IMG/VR virus record: IMGVR_UViG_2634166429_000001 | Span: 29,136-93,135 of that record | Strand: one strand, 5' to 3' | Source: a virus | Lineage: Duplodnaviria; Caudoviricetes | Length of the DNA: 64,000 bases | Shown: positions 19,686-29,158 of the stretch, in pieces | Layout of the letters: every line of letters begins with the position of its first letter | How positions within the stretch are numbered: position 1 is the stretch's first letter | Program-made: the position numbers and the translations under genes | The notes under the pieces: generated by a model | What the model was told of the DNA's origin: nothing | The model's input: the letters and a program-made list of their open reading frames with translations, nothing else | Database searches by the model: none

Positions 19686-20131
19686 CCACCATGACGCCCC
19701 CGACAGGCCGCGTAAGGAATTCCGCCGCGCCGGCCCGAGACTGGCGGTCCTACGCCACCTGCCGCGAGACCGACCCGGAACTCTTCTTCGCAATCGGCCC
19801 GCACTCCGCGAGGGAGATCGCGCAGGCGAAGCGTGTGTGTGTGGGCTGCCCGGTCCGGTCCGCATGCCTGGAGTGGGCGCTGGACACCGGCCAGAACCAC
19901 GGCGTGTGGGGCGGCCTGGACGAAGCCGAGCGCCGCCAGATAGCCCGGAACCCGTTCTCCCACCGTGCCGTGGCCCTGGCGAACCAGGAGTTCATCGAGG
20001 AGCAGTTGGCCGCGAAGGTGTCGTTGCGGCAGATCGCCGCCGAGTTGGGGATCGGGCATGCGGCGGTCCGGCACGCGGTCGCCGAGTTCCGCGCCAACCG
20101 TGAGGGCGTGGAGGAGGTGCAGGCGGCATGA
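19682..20131 (+). CDS. WhiB-family transcription factor with C-terminal HTH
   Basis: ATCRETDPELFF, CVGCPVRSAC, GVWGG. Confidence 0.92.
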   Translation: MTTMTPPTGRVRNSAAPARDWRSYATCRETDPELFFAIGPHSAREIAQAKRVCVGCPVRSACLEWALDTGQNHGVWGGLDEAERRQIARNPFSHRAVALANQEFIEEQLAAKVSLRQIAAELGIGHAAVRHAVAEFRANREGVEEVQAA

Positions 20132-20943
20132 GCGAGCTGAACGCGGCGCAGCGAGGGGACCTGGCGGAGTCGATGCTTCCCGTAGCCGCACACCTCGCCG
20201 TTCTCGTCCACGGCGACGGAGGTCCGGAAGACGTCAGCGCCGTCATCCACGGCCTCACCGACACCGAGAAGGACGCCCTCATCGTGGTCCTGGCCGGCTT
20301 GGTCGACCCGGAGCAGCCGATGGGGAAGGCCCTTGGCTGGCTGGACTTCAACGAGCACGGCAGTCTCACGGTGCCGCCGTCGTGGAGTGAAGCGGGAACG
20401 ATTCGTGATCTGGTCCCGGATCAGGAGGAGCTCGAGCTGGGGGACGACTACGTCGACCCGGCTGCGGTCGCCAAGTTCGTCAAGGGCTTCCGCGTGGAGG
20501 TCACGGACGCCGACTTCCTGGCCGCGGTCCAGGAGTGCTTCGCCCTGGGGATGACCTTGGGGGATGTGGACCGGCTGCGCGGATGGGCATCGAAGACCGC
20601 CGAGAAGTGGGTGAACCGGCTCAGGAAGCGGTATCAGCGTGCCGGCCGCGAGTTCCCGAGCCTGGGCCCGGTCGTCGGTCCGGTGCTGACGGAGCGGGAC
20701 GTGGTGAAGATGCGGCAGCGGTCGGAGCGCGGCGACTCCGATGTGGCGATCTCCATGTCGTTCGACGTGACCAGGGAGACCGTGCGGGCGATCTGCACGG
20801 GCAAGCGGTACCCGCACTTCGGGGGGCCGATCCGGAAGGTTCGGAGTGCGAAGGGCACGCAGGCATCGAGGGACTTCATGTGCGGGCACGGGGCGACGTC
20901 GCAGTTGGCGACGAAGAAGCACCAGCTGGGAGAAGCGGCATGA
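20128..20943 (+). CDS. Hypothetical DNA-binding protein
   Basis: ATGA overlap; HTH-like segments. Confidence 0.6.
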   Translation: MSELNAAQRGDLAESMLPVAAHLAVLVHGDGGPEDVSAVIHGLTDTEKDALIVVLAGLVDPEQPMGKALGWLDFNEHGSLTVPPSWSEAGTIRDLVPDQEELELGDDYVDPAAVAKFVKGFRVEVTDADFLAAVQECFALGMTLGDVDRLRGWASKTAEKWVNRLRKRYQRAGREFPSLGPVVGPVLTERDVVKMRQRSERGDSDVAISMSFDVTRETVRAICTGKRYPHFGGPIRKVRSAKGTQASRDFMCGHGATSQLATKKHQLGEAA

Positions 20944-21067
20944 GCAGGGGGAAGGCACCCCAGCGAAACCGCCTCTGAACTGGGAAAATTCTTCTGCGGG
21001 GCCGCCGGTGTTAGCGCACCAAAGCGGCCCCTGACCCTGCCATCCGAGATACCGGAAGGAGGGCTTC

Positions 21068-21802
21068 ATGGACAGTATCGAGTCCTACCCGCTACATACC
21101 AAGCGGGGGCCCAAGGCGTGCACCATGCCCGACTGCGGCGCGAAGGTCAGCGCTCGAGGACTGTGCAACAAGCACTACAAGCGTTGGAAAGCCCACGGTG
21201 ACCCGAACACCTTCTTGCCGATCAGGCACACAGGGTGCGCCGTGGATGGCTGCGGTGGGGAGCACAAGAACAGCGGTTACTGCGCCAAGCACTACAAGCG
21301 CTGGCGCAGATGGGGCGACCCCAATGGATCCCGGCAGCTCATTCCGGCAGATGTGCGGTTCTGGGCCAAGGTCAACAAGTCCGGGCCTATGCCGGCGCAG
21401 GGGCGTGTCACGGGAGCTTGTTGGCAGTGGACGGCAGGGCAGAACGGTCGCGGATACGGAGTATTCCACCCCGTGAAGAGCCAGTCGGTTCTTGTGCACC
21501 GCTACTCCTGGGAGCTTGCGCGTAGTCCGATACCAGAGGAACTGGTCATAGACCACCTGTGTCGTAACCGGGCTTGTGTGAACCCCGCTCATCTTGAGGT
21601 GGTCACACTCGCCGAGAACACGCGCCGTGGCTTTGGGATCAGCACCTGGAACCGTCTGAAAACGCATTGCCCGGCCGGTCACCCGTACGACGCCGAGAAC
21701 ACCTACCTGCAACCTCGAAAGAACAGTCGCAGATGTCGTGCCTGTGCCCGTGATCGAGACAAGGCATCCCACCGACGCAATCGACGGAAGAAGACAGCAT
21801 GA
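21068..21802 (+). CDS. HNH homing endonuclease
   Basis: [38 protein letters not shown]; lower GC than neighbours. Confidence 0.9.
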   Translation: MDSIESYPLHTKRGPKACTMPDCGAKVSARGLCNKHYKRWKAHGDPNTFLPIRHTGCAVDGCGGEHKNSGYCAKHYKRWRRWGDPNGSRQLIPADVRFWAKVNKSGPMPAQGRVTGACWQWTAGQNGRGYGVFHPVKSQSVLVHRYSWELARSPIPEELVIDHLCRNRACVNPAHLEVVTLAENTRRGFGISTWNRLKTHCPAGHPYDAENTYLQPRKNSRRCRACARDRDKASHRRNRRKKTA

Positions 21803-22302
21803 GCAACGAAACGATCATCACAGTCGTCGGAAACCTAGTAGACGATCCCGAGTTGCGCTGGACGAGTAGCAGCGTGGCGGTGGCGAAGTTCCGTATCGCG
21901 TCGACGCCGCGGACGTTCGACAAGCAGACCAACGAGTGGAAGGACGGCGAGTCCCTGTTCCTGACGTGCTCGGTGTGGCGTCAGGCTGCGGAGCATGTCG
22001 CGGAGTCCCTTCAGCGCGGTATGCGGGTGATCGTGCAGGGCCGGCTGAAGCAGCGGTCGTATGAGGACCGGGAGGGGGTGAAGCGGACGGTGTATGAGCT
22101 GGATGTGGAGGAGCTCGGCCCGTCTCTGCGGAACGCGACGGCGAAGGTGACGAAGGCGGGTGGTTCGGGGCAGGCCAGGGAGGCGTTGCAGCAGGCGCGT
22201 ACGCGGTCGTCGCGGGAGGGGAGGGAGGATCCGTGGGCGTCGTCGGGTGCGGCTGCTGAGTCGGCTCAGGCGGGCGCGTGGGGGGACGCTCCGCCGTTCT
22301 GA
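21799..22302 (+). CDS. ssb: Single-stranded DNA-binding protein
   Basis: [14 protein letters not shown]...CSVWRQAAE...C-terminal DAPPF. Confidence 0.95.
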   Translation: MSNETIITVVGNLVDDPELRWTSSSVAVAKFRIASTPRTFDKQTNEWKDGESLFLTCSVWRQAAEHVAESLQRGMRVIVQGRLKQRSYEDREGVKRTVYELDVEELGPSLRNATAKVTKAGGSGQAREALQQARTRSSREGREDPWASSGAAAESAQAGAWGDAPPF

Positions 22303-22320
22303 CTGGCGGGTGTTGGGCGT

Positions 22321-22352
22321 GAGGGGTCTGGCTTTTGGGTTGGGCCCCTTTC
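22321..22352 (+). terminator. Intrinsic terminator
   Basis: GAGGGGTCTGGC...GTTGGGCCCCTTT hairpin. Confidence 0.55.
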
Positions 22353-22373
22353 GTGTGTCCGGGGGCGTCACAA

Positions 22374-22405
22374 CCATTGCGGTGCAATGGAATATGGGTT
22401 AGAGT
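22374..22405 (+). promoter_or_regulatory. Class A promoter/operator copy 3
   Basis: CCATTGC-GGT-GCAATGG (perfect arms)-AATATGGGT-TAGAGT. Confidence 0.85.
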
Positions 22406-22445
22406 CGTCTTATTCCACCACCCCACCAAACCACCGGGGGACCCC

Positions 22446-22673
22446 ATGCTGACCACCGGCTTCGCCTCCATCCCCGCGGGCACCAACGTGCAGACCCCCA
22501 GCGGCCGGCGTGCCACCACGGTGGACGACTCCACGCTGGTCCGGAACTCCGAGACCGGCCTGATCACCGCAACCAACCTGATCAGGTTCTCCGCCGACGA
22601 CGAGGTCTGCCCGGGCGGCGAATGGCTCTGGGACGCCCAGAAGCTCACTCCGGTAGTCGAGAACGGCGCATGA
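22446..22673 (+). CDS. Small hypothetical protein (possibly frameshifted, continuing to 22788)
   Basis: RBS GGGGG; a codon-biased Cys-containing frame continues at 22669-22788. Confidence 0.55.
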   Translation: MLTTGFASIPAGTNVQTPSGRRATTVDDSTLVRNSETGLITATNLIRFSADDEVCPGGEWLWDAQKLTPVVENGA

Positions 22674-22799
22674 CGTGGGCTGCGACTGCGGCGCCAGCGC
22701 CCGCGACATCGCCGCCGGCATCCACTACCCCGGCTGCACCACCACCGAAGGACCGGTCGACGACCCGTCCGACCACTACGGCCAGTAAGAGGGCACAAG

Positions 22800-23159
22800 A
22801 TGCGCAACAACATGGCCAAGGAAGCACGGCTCCGCATCATGCGGCTGGCCCGTCAGCGAGACACGCTGAAGACAGTTGAGGGTGTTGAGCAGCGTACATC
22901 CGTGGATGACGCCCGAATCGCCCTGTGCATCGCCCTCGGCGTCGACCTGGACGACATCGACCCCACCTCCGGACACAACCTGAGCCGCTCCGCCTACGAA
23001 AGCGTTCGCGAATCCTGGCGGTGGAACATCCAGATGCACGGATGGACGGAGTGGTGGGAACGCAGTCTGAACGAGGCGCTGGCCTCTTGGCGGGAACGCC
23101 GTCCGGAGTTCCTGGACGGCGATGACTGGCTGAAAGGCATTCCCCTCGAGCCCAAGTAG
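22800..23159 (+). CDS. Hypothetical protein
   Basis: RBS GAGG; lower GC. Confidence 0.6.
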   Translation: MRNNMAKEARLRIMRLARQRDTLKTVEGVEQRTSVDDARIALCIALGVDLDDIDPTSGHNLSRSAYESVRESWRWNIQMHGWTEWWERSLNEALASWRERRPEFLDGDDWLKGIPLEPK

Positions 23160-23336
23160 CCCCCATGCCATGGGCCTCCCGCCCCCAGGAGGCCCCTCCC
23201 CGGGCCGCGCCACCCCCGCACCCCCAACCCCCTCCTGCGGGGGTGCGCGGTCCCCCCTCCCACGACGGGCCGCCCGCCACGATCGCAGCCGTGCGGGCGG
23301 CCCACCCCTCGTTCCCGCTGAAGGAGCACCGCCACC

Positions 23337-23732
23337 GTGAAGACCCTCGACTTCGAATCCCCGTACGGCTGCCGCTGGTGCGGGACCCAACGCTGGCACC
23401 ACGGCCGTCGGTGGAAGCCGGTCGTTGGCCTGCACGCCTGGGAGGTCCCCAGCGAGGCGCTGATCCTCGAGCGAATGACGCGGCGCCGTGCGGACCGTCT
23501 GGCCGCCCTCCCGCAGGTCTTCCACGCCACCACCGGCTGGGCCGCCGACGGCACGGGGGAGAGCGCCGACCCGTACTGCGCGGACTGCAAGCGGGACGGC
23601 TGCCCCCGCTGGGCACGCATCCAAACCCGCCTGGACCAGCAGCGCCACGGCCTGCCCCGCCGTTTCCGTCGCCGCCGTAAGGCGCCCGCCGGCGCTGGCG
23701 GATGGGGCGGCAACTCGACCTGGCCGTTCTGA
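23337..23732 (+). CDS. Cys-motif hypothetical protein
   Basis: RBS AAGGAG; CRWC, CADC. Confidence 0.65.
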   Translation: MKTLDFESPYGCRWCGTQRWHHGRRWKPVVGLHAWEVPSEALILERMTRRRADRLAALPQVFHATTGWAADGTGESADPYCADCKRDGCPRWARIQTRLDQQRHGLPRRFRRRRKAPAGAGGWGGNSTWPF

Positions 23733-23766
23733 CCGAACCTCACCTGCAAAGGAGCAGCACCACGCC

Positions 23767-24324
23767 ATGACCGTGACCCCGGACGCCGCACCTGGCCCGC
23801 CCGCCGTGCGCCCCATCGACCCGCAGCAAGCTGCCGCGACCCTGTGGGCCAGCCTGAAGGAGTACCAGCCCGCGATTGCCGGCGCCCTCGCCCTCCACCT
23901 CCGCGGTCTCCCCGAGGACTGGGCGCCGCGGGAGTTCGGTATCGCCCGCCCCGACGCTCTCCTCACCCTGCGGCCGCCGCTGCGGCCGGGCTGCAACCAG
24001 ATGCCGGAGGCCGCCCCCTACAACCCGGGAAGCGTCGACAACTTCGACGACTGCCCGGCCTGCGCCGAGACGGGTCTGATCTGCCGGTGGCACGACGGGC
24101 AGGCCAACGCGCACGAGTACTGGCACAACCACGTCATGGACGCCCTGCGGCACGACCGGGATGCGCGTGTCGACGACGTCCTCACCCATCAGGAGGCGGA
24201 AGACGAAGGCACGCCGTGCGTCTGCGCCCGCTGCGCCCCACCCAAGCCCGTCCCCGTCCGTGGCCCGTGGTGGTCCCGGATCCGCACCATCCTCACCCGC
24301 GCAAAGGAGAACCACGCCCGATGA
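23767..24324 (+). CDS. Hypothetical protein
   Basis: RBS AAGGAG; CPAC...CRWH. Confidence 0.65.
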   Translation: MTVTPDAAPGPPAVRPIDPQQAAATLWASLKEYQPAIAGALALHLRGLPEDWAPREFGIARPDALLTLRPPLRPGCNQMPEAAPYNPGSVDNFDDCPACAETGLICRWHDGQANAHEYWHNHVMDALRHDRDARVDDVLTHQEAEDEGTPCVCARCAPPKPVPVRGPWWSRIRTILTRAKENHAR

Positions 24325-24857
24325 CTACAAACGTTCCGGAGGCCGTTCCCGGACGCCTCATCACCTACACCCACCCCGTCACCAGCCAGGTCCTGCCCGG
24401 CATCATCGCCGCCATCGACGAAGGCAACCTGCTTCGGCTGCGGTTCGACGGGCACCGGCTCACCCTCACCGTGCCGGACGCCACCGACAAGGTCACCTAC
24501 CTCGACATGGGGACCCTGCCCGCACCCGACCCGGAGCCGGGGGACCGCTTTCACCCCATCCCGGAGGAGCTCACCGGCGCCTGGCAGAGGATCCCGGTCC
24601 ACCAGTTCGACACGGGTGAGCTGATCGCACTGACCGACGACCACGACCAGGCGGTGGCGGCACTGACCGCGTTCCGTGTGTCGCAGGGCTGGGAGCCGGA
24701 GCTCGTCGACCTCACCGCGCTCGAGCTGGCCTACGCGGCATTCGAGTGGCTGCCCGAGGACGCCGGCACCGCCTGGTCCATGACGCCCGCGGTGGAGGGC
24801 GACGACCAGGCCATCCACCTGCACCGCCTGCCCGTCCCGCCCATGGAAGACGAATGA
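24321..24857 (+). CDS. Hypothetical protein
   Basis: RBS AAGGAG; ATGA overlap. Confidence 0.65.
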   Translation: MTTNVPEAVPGRLITYTHPVTSQVLPGIIAAIDEGNLLRLRFDGHRLTLTVPDATDKVTYLDMGTLPAPDPEPGDRFHPIPEELTGAWQRIPVHQFDTGELIALTDDHDQAVAALTAFRVSQGWEPELVDLTALELAYAAFEWLPEDAGTAWSMTPAVEGDDQAIHLHRLPVPPMEDE

Positions 24858-24880
24858 GCCCCCACAGGAGGTACCACCGC

Positions 24881-25678
24881 ATGACCGCAACACCCGAAAC
24901 CGAGACCATCACGACCCAGACCCCCGAGGAGCTTCTGGCGGAACTGGCTCAGCTACACATCCGCACCATCGTTCCCCCGTCCCCGAAGCAGCTGGCCGCT
25001 TTCGGGTGGCAGGCCATCGCGGGTTGCCAGGCTGCCGGGTTCGCCCGTGCCCTGCACGTCCTGATGGAGACGGCCCCGGACAAGGCTGCGGAGATCACCG
25101 ACTGGTTCCAGGGGCCGTTCGAGGAGGGACCGGACCCGGAGGAGCACACGGACTGGATCGCACGGACCGTGGCGCAGGACGTGAACGTGCTGGACCAGTG
25201 GATCACGGAGGCTCGGGAGCTCGCCGTGAAGTCCGCGGAAGCGACAGCGGAGCGCGAGGCCGGCGAGGTCGAACGCGACGCCGTTCACAAGCACTTCGGC
25301 CTGTCGTACGCGAATTACCTGGTCCTGCCGCGCACGCTGCTCCAGTCGATGCCCGACGAGTGGCAGACCAAGTTCGTGGCGCTGCTGAAGGTCCTCGAGG
25401 ACGCGTTCGCGCACGTGCCGCAGGCCGACGTGTACGACGTCACCGCGGGCAAGGAAGACCTCCTGCGGGACATGACCGAGTCCGAGCTCTACCAGGCTGG
25501 CGTTGAGGTCACCGGCGACGACGACCTCGGGCACGGCCCGGACACCGTGTACCGCAGAATCAAGACCGGTGAGGAGCTGGACGGCGACTCGTACGGCTTC
25601 CGCCCGGGCAAGGACCCAGTGCCGCACTACAACCGGGGACGCGCCCGTGTGGAGCCGCGCCTGGGCGGTGGCGAGTGA
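24881..25678 (+). CDS. Phage hypothetical protein
   Basis: RBS AGGAGG; FGLSYANYLVLPRTLLQSMPDEWQ motif. Confidence 0.7.
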   Translation: MTATPETETITTQTPEELLAELAQLHIRTIVPPSPKQLAAFGWQAIAGCQAAGFARALHVLMETAPDKAAEITDWFQGPFEEGPDPEEHTDWIARTVAQDVNVLDQWITEARELAVKSAEATAEREAGEVERDAVHKHFGLSYANYLVLPRTLLQSMPDEWQTKFVALLKVLEDAFAHVPQADVYDVTAGKEDLLRDMTESELYQAGVEVTGDDDLGHGPDTVYRRIKTGEELDGDSYGFRPGKDPVPHYNRGRARVEPRLGGGE

Positions 25679-26247
25679 GCGTCCTGACGCTGATGCCGGC
25701 GGACACGGAGCTGGACGTGCACGTGGAGCAGACGCGGGACCTCGCCGGAGGAACCGCCGCTGCCGTATTCGACAGCCCCGCCCGCACCTACCGGTACCTC
25801 CTCACCCGAATCTGGGACCCCACCACCAAGCCCCTCGTGGTCCTGATGCTCAACCCCAGCACCGCGAACGCCCTGACCGACGATCCGACCATCCGCCGCC
25901 TGGCCGGCCCAACCGGGTTCGCCCGCCGAGAGCAGGCGGGGGGAGTGGTCGTCGTCAACCTGTTCGCGCTGTGTTCCCCGGACCCGCGGGACCTGGCCCG
26001 GCACCCCGACCCGGTCGGCCGGTACGCGGACGTGTTCATACGGACTGCCGCAGCCATGGGGGACGCGGTGGTGGTGGCGTGGGGTGCGTTCCCGGTAGCG
26101 GCGGAGCGCAGCCAGGTCGTGGTGGAGGGTCTGCGCGGGCGTGGCGTGCGTCTGCTGTGTCTGGGGACGACGTCGAAGGGGCTACCGCGGCATCCGCTGT
26201 ACCTGCCGGGTGCGGCGGCCCTCGAGCCGTACGGGGTGACGGCGTGA
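25675..26247 (+). CDS. DUF1643 family protein
   Basis: YRYLLTRIW, MLNPSTA, DDPTIRR, VNLFA, VAWG, PRHPLY. Confidence 0.85.
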   Translation: MSVLTLMPADTELDVHVEQTRDLAGGTAAAVFDSPARTYRYLLTRIWDPTTKPLVVLMLNPSTANALTDDPTIRRLAGPTGFARREQAGGVVVVNLFALCSPDPRDLARHPDPVGRYADVFIRTAAAMGDAVVVAWGAFPVAAERSQVVVEGLRGRGVRLLCLGTTSKGLPRHPLYLPGAAALEPYGVTA

Positions 26248-26624
26248 CCGCCCCAGTCCAGGCGGGCCCGACGTCCTCGAGCGTCGGGCCCGTCCGTCCT
26301 CTCACCCAGCAGGAACTGGCTGTCCTCCAGTACGTCTCGGAGGGTCTGACGTACTTGGAGATAGCTGAGAGGACGGGGTACAGCCGCAACGGGGTCCTGA
26401 AGACCAGCACGCGGATCCTGCGGAAGCTGGATGCCAAGAGCCAGGCGCACGCCGTGTTCTTGGCCTGTCAGGCCGGGATTCTCGATCCGAAGCGCCGTCA
26501 CGGAGACCATGCCGGGTTCGCCGCTCACCAATACCGCGGCGAGGAGCCGTGCGACCGGTGTTGGGACGGCGAGCGGGAGTACCGGCGGGAGCGCCGTGCA
26601 GCCCGGAAAGCCAACGCAGCGTAG
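26244..26624 (+). CDS. LuxR-type HTH protein with His/Cys tail
   Basis: LTQQELAVLQYVSEGLTYLEIAE...ILRKLDA; HG...H...PCDRC. Confidence 0.8.
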   Translation: MTAPVQAGPTSSSVGPVRPLTQQELAVLQYVSEGLTYLEIAERTGYSRNGVLKTSTRILRKLDAKSQAHAVFLACQAGILDPKRRHGDHAGFAAHQYRGEEPCDRCWDGEREYRRERRAARKANAA

Positions 26625-26730
26625 CCGGACTGCACCTGTGAACCGGACATCTTAGACACGTCCGTCGGCCTGATACCCGGCCCGTCCGAGTCCCGCTTAC
26701 CCACCGTCACATCCGCCCCGTGGAGGGCCC

Positions 26731-26967
26731 ATGCTCCGCAAATACCTGCCCGTCATCACCTCCACCGTCTTCTTCGTCGGCTTCGGCATCACCTTCGGCA
26801 TCCTCTGGTGGGCTGTCACAGGCCGTACCAGCCCGCCCTGGTGGCTGGGCGTCCTCCTCGTCGCGGTCGCCGCGTTCATAGCCGACCTGGCCGAGCAGGC
26901 CGTACGCGCCATCCGCGGCCGCCGTAACCGGACGGGGCCCACCCCGCGGCACCGTAAGGCCGTGTGA
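26731..26967 (+). CDS. Two-TM membrane protein
   Basis: Two hydrophobic helices with a basic tail; RBS GGAGG. Confidence 0.65.
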   Translation: MLRKYLPVITSTVFFVGFGITFGILWWAVTGRTSPPWWLGVLLVAVAAFIADLAEQAVRAIRGRRNRTGPTPRHRKAV

Positions 26968-27176
26968 TGGGCGCCGCCCGTACCGACTGCCCGTCCTGCC
27001 TGAAGCCCGTGCTCATGTCCGAGTACGGGCGCCTGGACGAGCACGGCAGCCCGCGCTGTGAACGGTCCGGGAAACGCGTGGGCCGCATCTGGCCTGCCAA
27101 GCACTTCGGCCGACGTGTGCAGACCGTGCCCGGCCCCGACACCTGGAACCCCACCGCCCTCGAAGGAGCAGCATGA
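26964..27176 (+). CDS. Small hypothetical protein
   Basis: CPSC...HGSPRC; overlaps. Confidence 0.55.
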   Translation: MMGAARTDCPSCLKPVLMSEYGRLDEHGSPRCERSGKRVGRIWPAKHFGRRVQTVPGPDTWNPTALEGAA

Positions 27177-27708
27177 CCAGCAGAGCAGCCCATTTCGCGG
27201 CCGCCTACGCCGCACTCACGGCAGCGCACGAGGTCGCCGACCACTGGGTCCAAATCGACGACCAGGCCGTCCACAAGGGCGGGGCCGGGCGCGACGGCGT
27301 GATCGCCTGCGCCGGGCACGTCATCACCTACACCGCCACGCAGGCTGTCGCAGCTGGCGTGCCGGCTCGATGCATCCGACGTGTCTGGTGCGGGGGCGGG
27401 TGCACTGCGGGACGGAGGACCGGCATGGGCAGGTGGAGGCGGTGGCCCGGTATGCGGTCGGGGTGGGGCGGGTGCTGGGGATGCCGGGCGGGTCGGTGTG
27501 GCCGCTTCTGGTGGTGCACGGCTCTGCGGTGGCCGGCGGGGAGCTGGCGCCGAACGTGGTGGTGGAGGGGTGGTCGGGTCCGGTGTACGTGTTGTCCGCG
27601 GACCGTCTCGTGTCCCGGCTGGCGGCCGCGCCGAAGGGGGTTCGGGATCCGGTGCGGGCTGCTGCGGTCGCGGGGAGGGTCGATCAGGTGCTGCGCCCCT
27701 ACCATTGA
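27173..27708 (+). pseudogene. Chimeric remnant: DUF3307-like 5' part and out-of-frame NERD-like 3' part
   Basis: AHEVADHWVQ...ACAGHVITY in one frame; VWPLLVVHGSAV...VDQVLRPY in another; switch near 27350-27380. Confidence 0.55.
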
Positions 27709-27750
27709 GCACAGCCAGGGCGTACGGTGATCGCACGCCTGGGGGGCACT

Positions 27751-27788
27751 CGCCCGTCACCTGTTTGCGCAGGTGGCGGGCGTTTTTT
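27751..27788 (+). terminator. Strong intrinsic terminator
   Basis: CGCCCGTCACCTG-TTTGCG-CAGGTGGCGGGCG-TTTTTT. Confidence 0.85.
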
Positions 27789-27796
27789 CATGCCCG

Positions 27797-27817
27797 TAGG
27801 ATCGAACGCGTGAACGA
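27797..27817 (+). promoter_or_regulatory. -10 box (TAGGAT) with overlapping LexA/SOS box
   Basis: TCGAAC-GCGT-GAACGA fits the actinobacterial TCGAAC-N4-GNNCGA consensus. Confidence 0.6.
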
Positions 27818-27818
27818 T

Positions 27819-28148
27819 ATGTCGACAAGTGAGCGTCTCGCGAAGCAGCGCACCCTGGAGGAGTGGCTGGTCTGGCAGCTGGCCCAGACCCGGCAGACGA
27901 TCCGCACGCTGGAGGTGCAGGAGGAGCGGGAGAAGCGTCAGGCGGAACGGGCGTGGGTGGAAGCCCGGTGGAAGCTGGAGCCGGCCCGGAACCGCCGGTC
28001 GGTGCTGCATCGGGGCGGGTGCGGGATCTGGAAGGGCGAGGCGGGGTTCCTGGAGCGGGGCGAAGTACTGCTGGCGCTGGGGGACGACAGTCTGGTGGTG
28101 GAGATGTGCGGGGTGTGCAACCCGGAGCCGGGACTGCGGCAGCCGTAG
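27819..28148 (+). CDS. DUF6233-like protein
   Basis: Coiled coil then VLHRGGC...CGVCNPE. Confidence 0.7.
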   Translation: MSTSERLAKQRTLEEWLVWQLAQTRQTIRTLEVQEEREKRQAERAWVEARWKLEPARNRRSVLHRGGCGIWKGEAGFLERGEVLLALGDDSLVVEMCGVCNPEPGLRQP

Positions 28149-28178
28149 ACGTGACACCTACCGACAACGCGCAGGCGT

Positions 28179-28940
28179 TCAGGCCTTGCGGAGGGTGTAG
28201 TTCGCCAGCATCTGCTTCAGCCCCGGAAGGTCGAACGGCGGCGTGAACCGGCCGGCGTCGACCGGGTTGTAGTAGCCGCCGTTCGGCGCGCACATCAGGG
28301 GCCGGGTGCCGGTCGCGGTGGTCACGCACTCGTACGACTCCACGGTCCCGTCCTTGTCGCGATCCTCGTTGGGATGGTCCAGGCCCAGGACATGCCCGAG
28401 TTCATGCGTGACCGCGTTCTTCCTGTACCCCTCGTTCTTCGTCGCGTCCGTGGAGAACCAGGCGGGGGTCGACCAGTACTCGGAGTCGACGAGGACGTGG
28501 CCTCCCCAGGCTGAGCCGTCTGCGACGGCGTAGCAGGGGCGTCCCTGGCTGACGCCGGTCTGGCCGGTGGGCCGGTAGGTGTAGTGGACGACGATGCGGT
28601 GGTAGGTGGGGCAGGAGGTTGCGGGGGTGGTGTCGAGGAGGGTGGAGACGGTGATGGGGACGCCGACGTCGGTGGTGACCTGGTTGGCGGGTGCGGTGAA
28701 GTACGCGGCGAGTTTGGTGCGGGCTGTGTCGTCGGCGAACACGATGGTGTACCGGTCGGGGGACAGGCTGTACACGCCGGCCGATGTGAATGCCTTCCAT
28801 CCGTTCCCTGCGTAGACGGGCCCGGTTGCGCCGTGGGCGGGTGGTGCGGAGGCGGTGAGGAGGGCCAGGACGGCGACGAGTGCGGCGGTCAGGGCGGTGA
28901 CGATACGGCGCGTACTGGGACGCGAAGGGGTGGAAGGCAT
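28179..28940 (-). CDS. Secreted matrixin-like Zn metallopeptidase
   Basis: Signal peptide (..PAHGA), HELGHVLGLDH, Met-turn PLMC. Confidence 0.85.
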   Translation of the reverse strand: MPSTPSRPSTRRIVTALTAALVAVLALLTASAPPAHGATGPVYAGNGWKAFTSAGVYSLSPDRYTIVFADDTARTKLAAYFTAPANQVTTDVGVPITVSTLLDTTPATSCPTYHRIVVHYTYRPTGQTGVSQGRPCYAVADGSAWGGHVLVDSEYWSTPAWFSTDATKNEGYRKNAVTHELGHVLGLDHPNEDRDKDGTVESYECVTTATGTRPLMCAPNGGYYNPVDAGRFTPPFDLPGLKQMLANYTLRKA

Positions 28941-28947
28941 GCCCTTC

Positions 28948-28985
28948 AGTCTGGGCACGAAACCGGGACGTGTTGCCCCTGCTCA
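28948..28985 (-). promoter_or_regulatory. Class B promoter, probably giving a leaderless mRNA
   Basis: TGAGCAGGGGCAAC-18-CAGACT-7-ATG. Confidence 0.65.
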
Positions 28986-29002
28986 AACGGGGCCGGGTGT
29001 GC

Positions 29003-29146
29003 GTGTGGCCCGGTCCCACAGGGAGGACCGGGCCACGTTTCCCTGGCACGCGACGCGGATTGCGGCCGGGAGCCTTGTGGCTGGCGCCGCTACGGGGGAC
29101 GAGACGGCGCCAGCTCCGTTCGGGAGTCTGCCACGCGGCACTGACA
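29003..29146 (-). ncRNA. Candidate small RNA with PafBC-type promoter
   Basis: TGTCAGTG-N8-CAGACT (29146-29125), then a CTGGCGCCG/CGGCGCCAG hairpin and a GTGGCCCGGTCC/GGACCGGGCCAC hairpin. Confidence 0.45.
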
Positions 29147-29158
29147 ACGCGGGACGGT

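Noticed and set aside
14600-19700. Strong C-rich strand skew
   Set aside because: Explained by third-position C codon bias on the coding strand.
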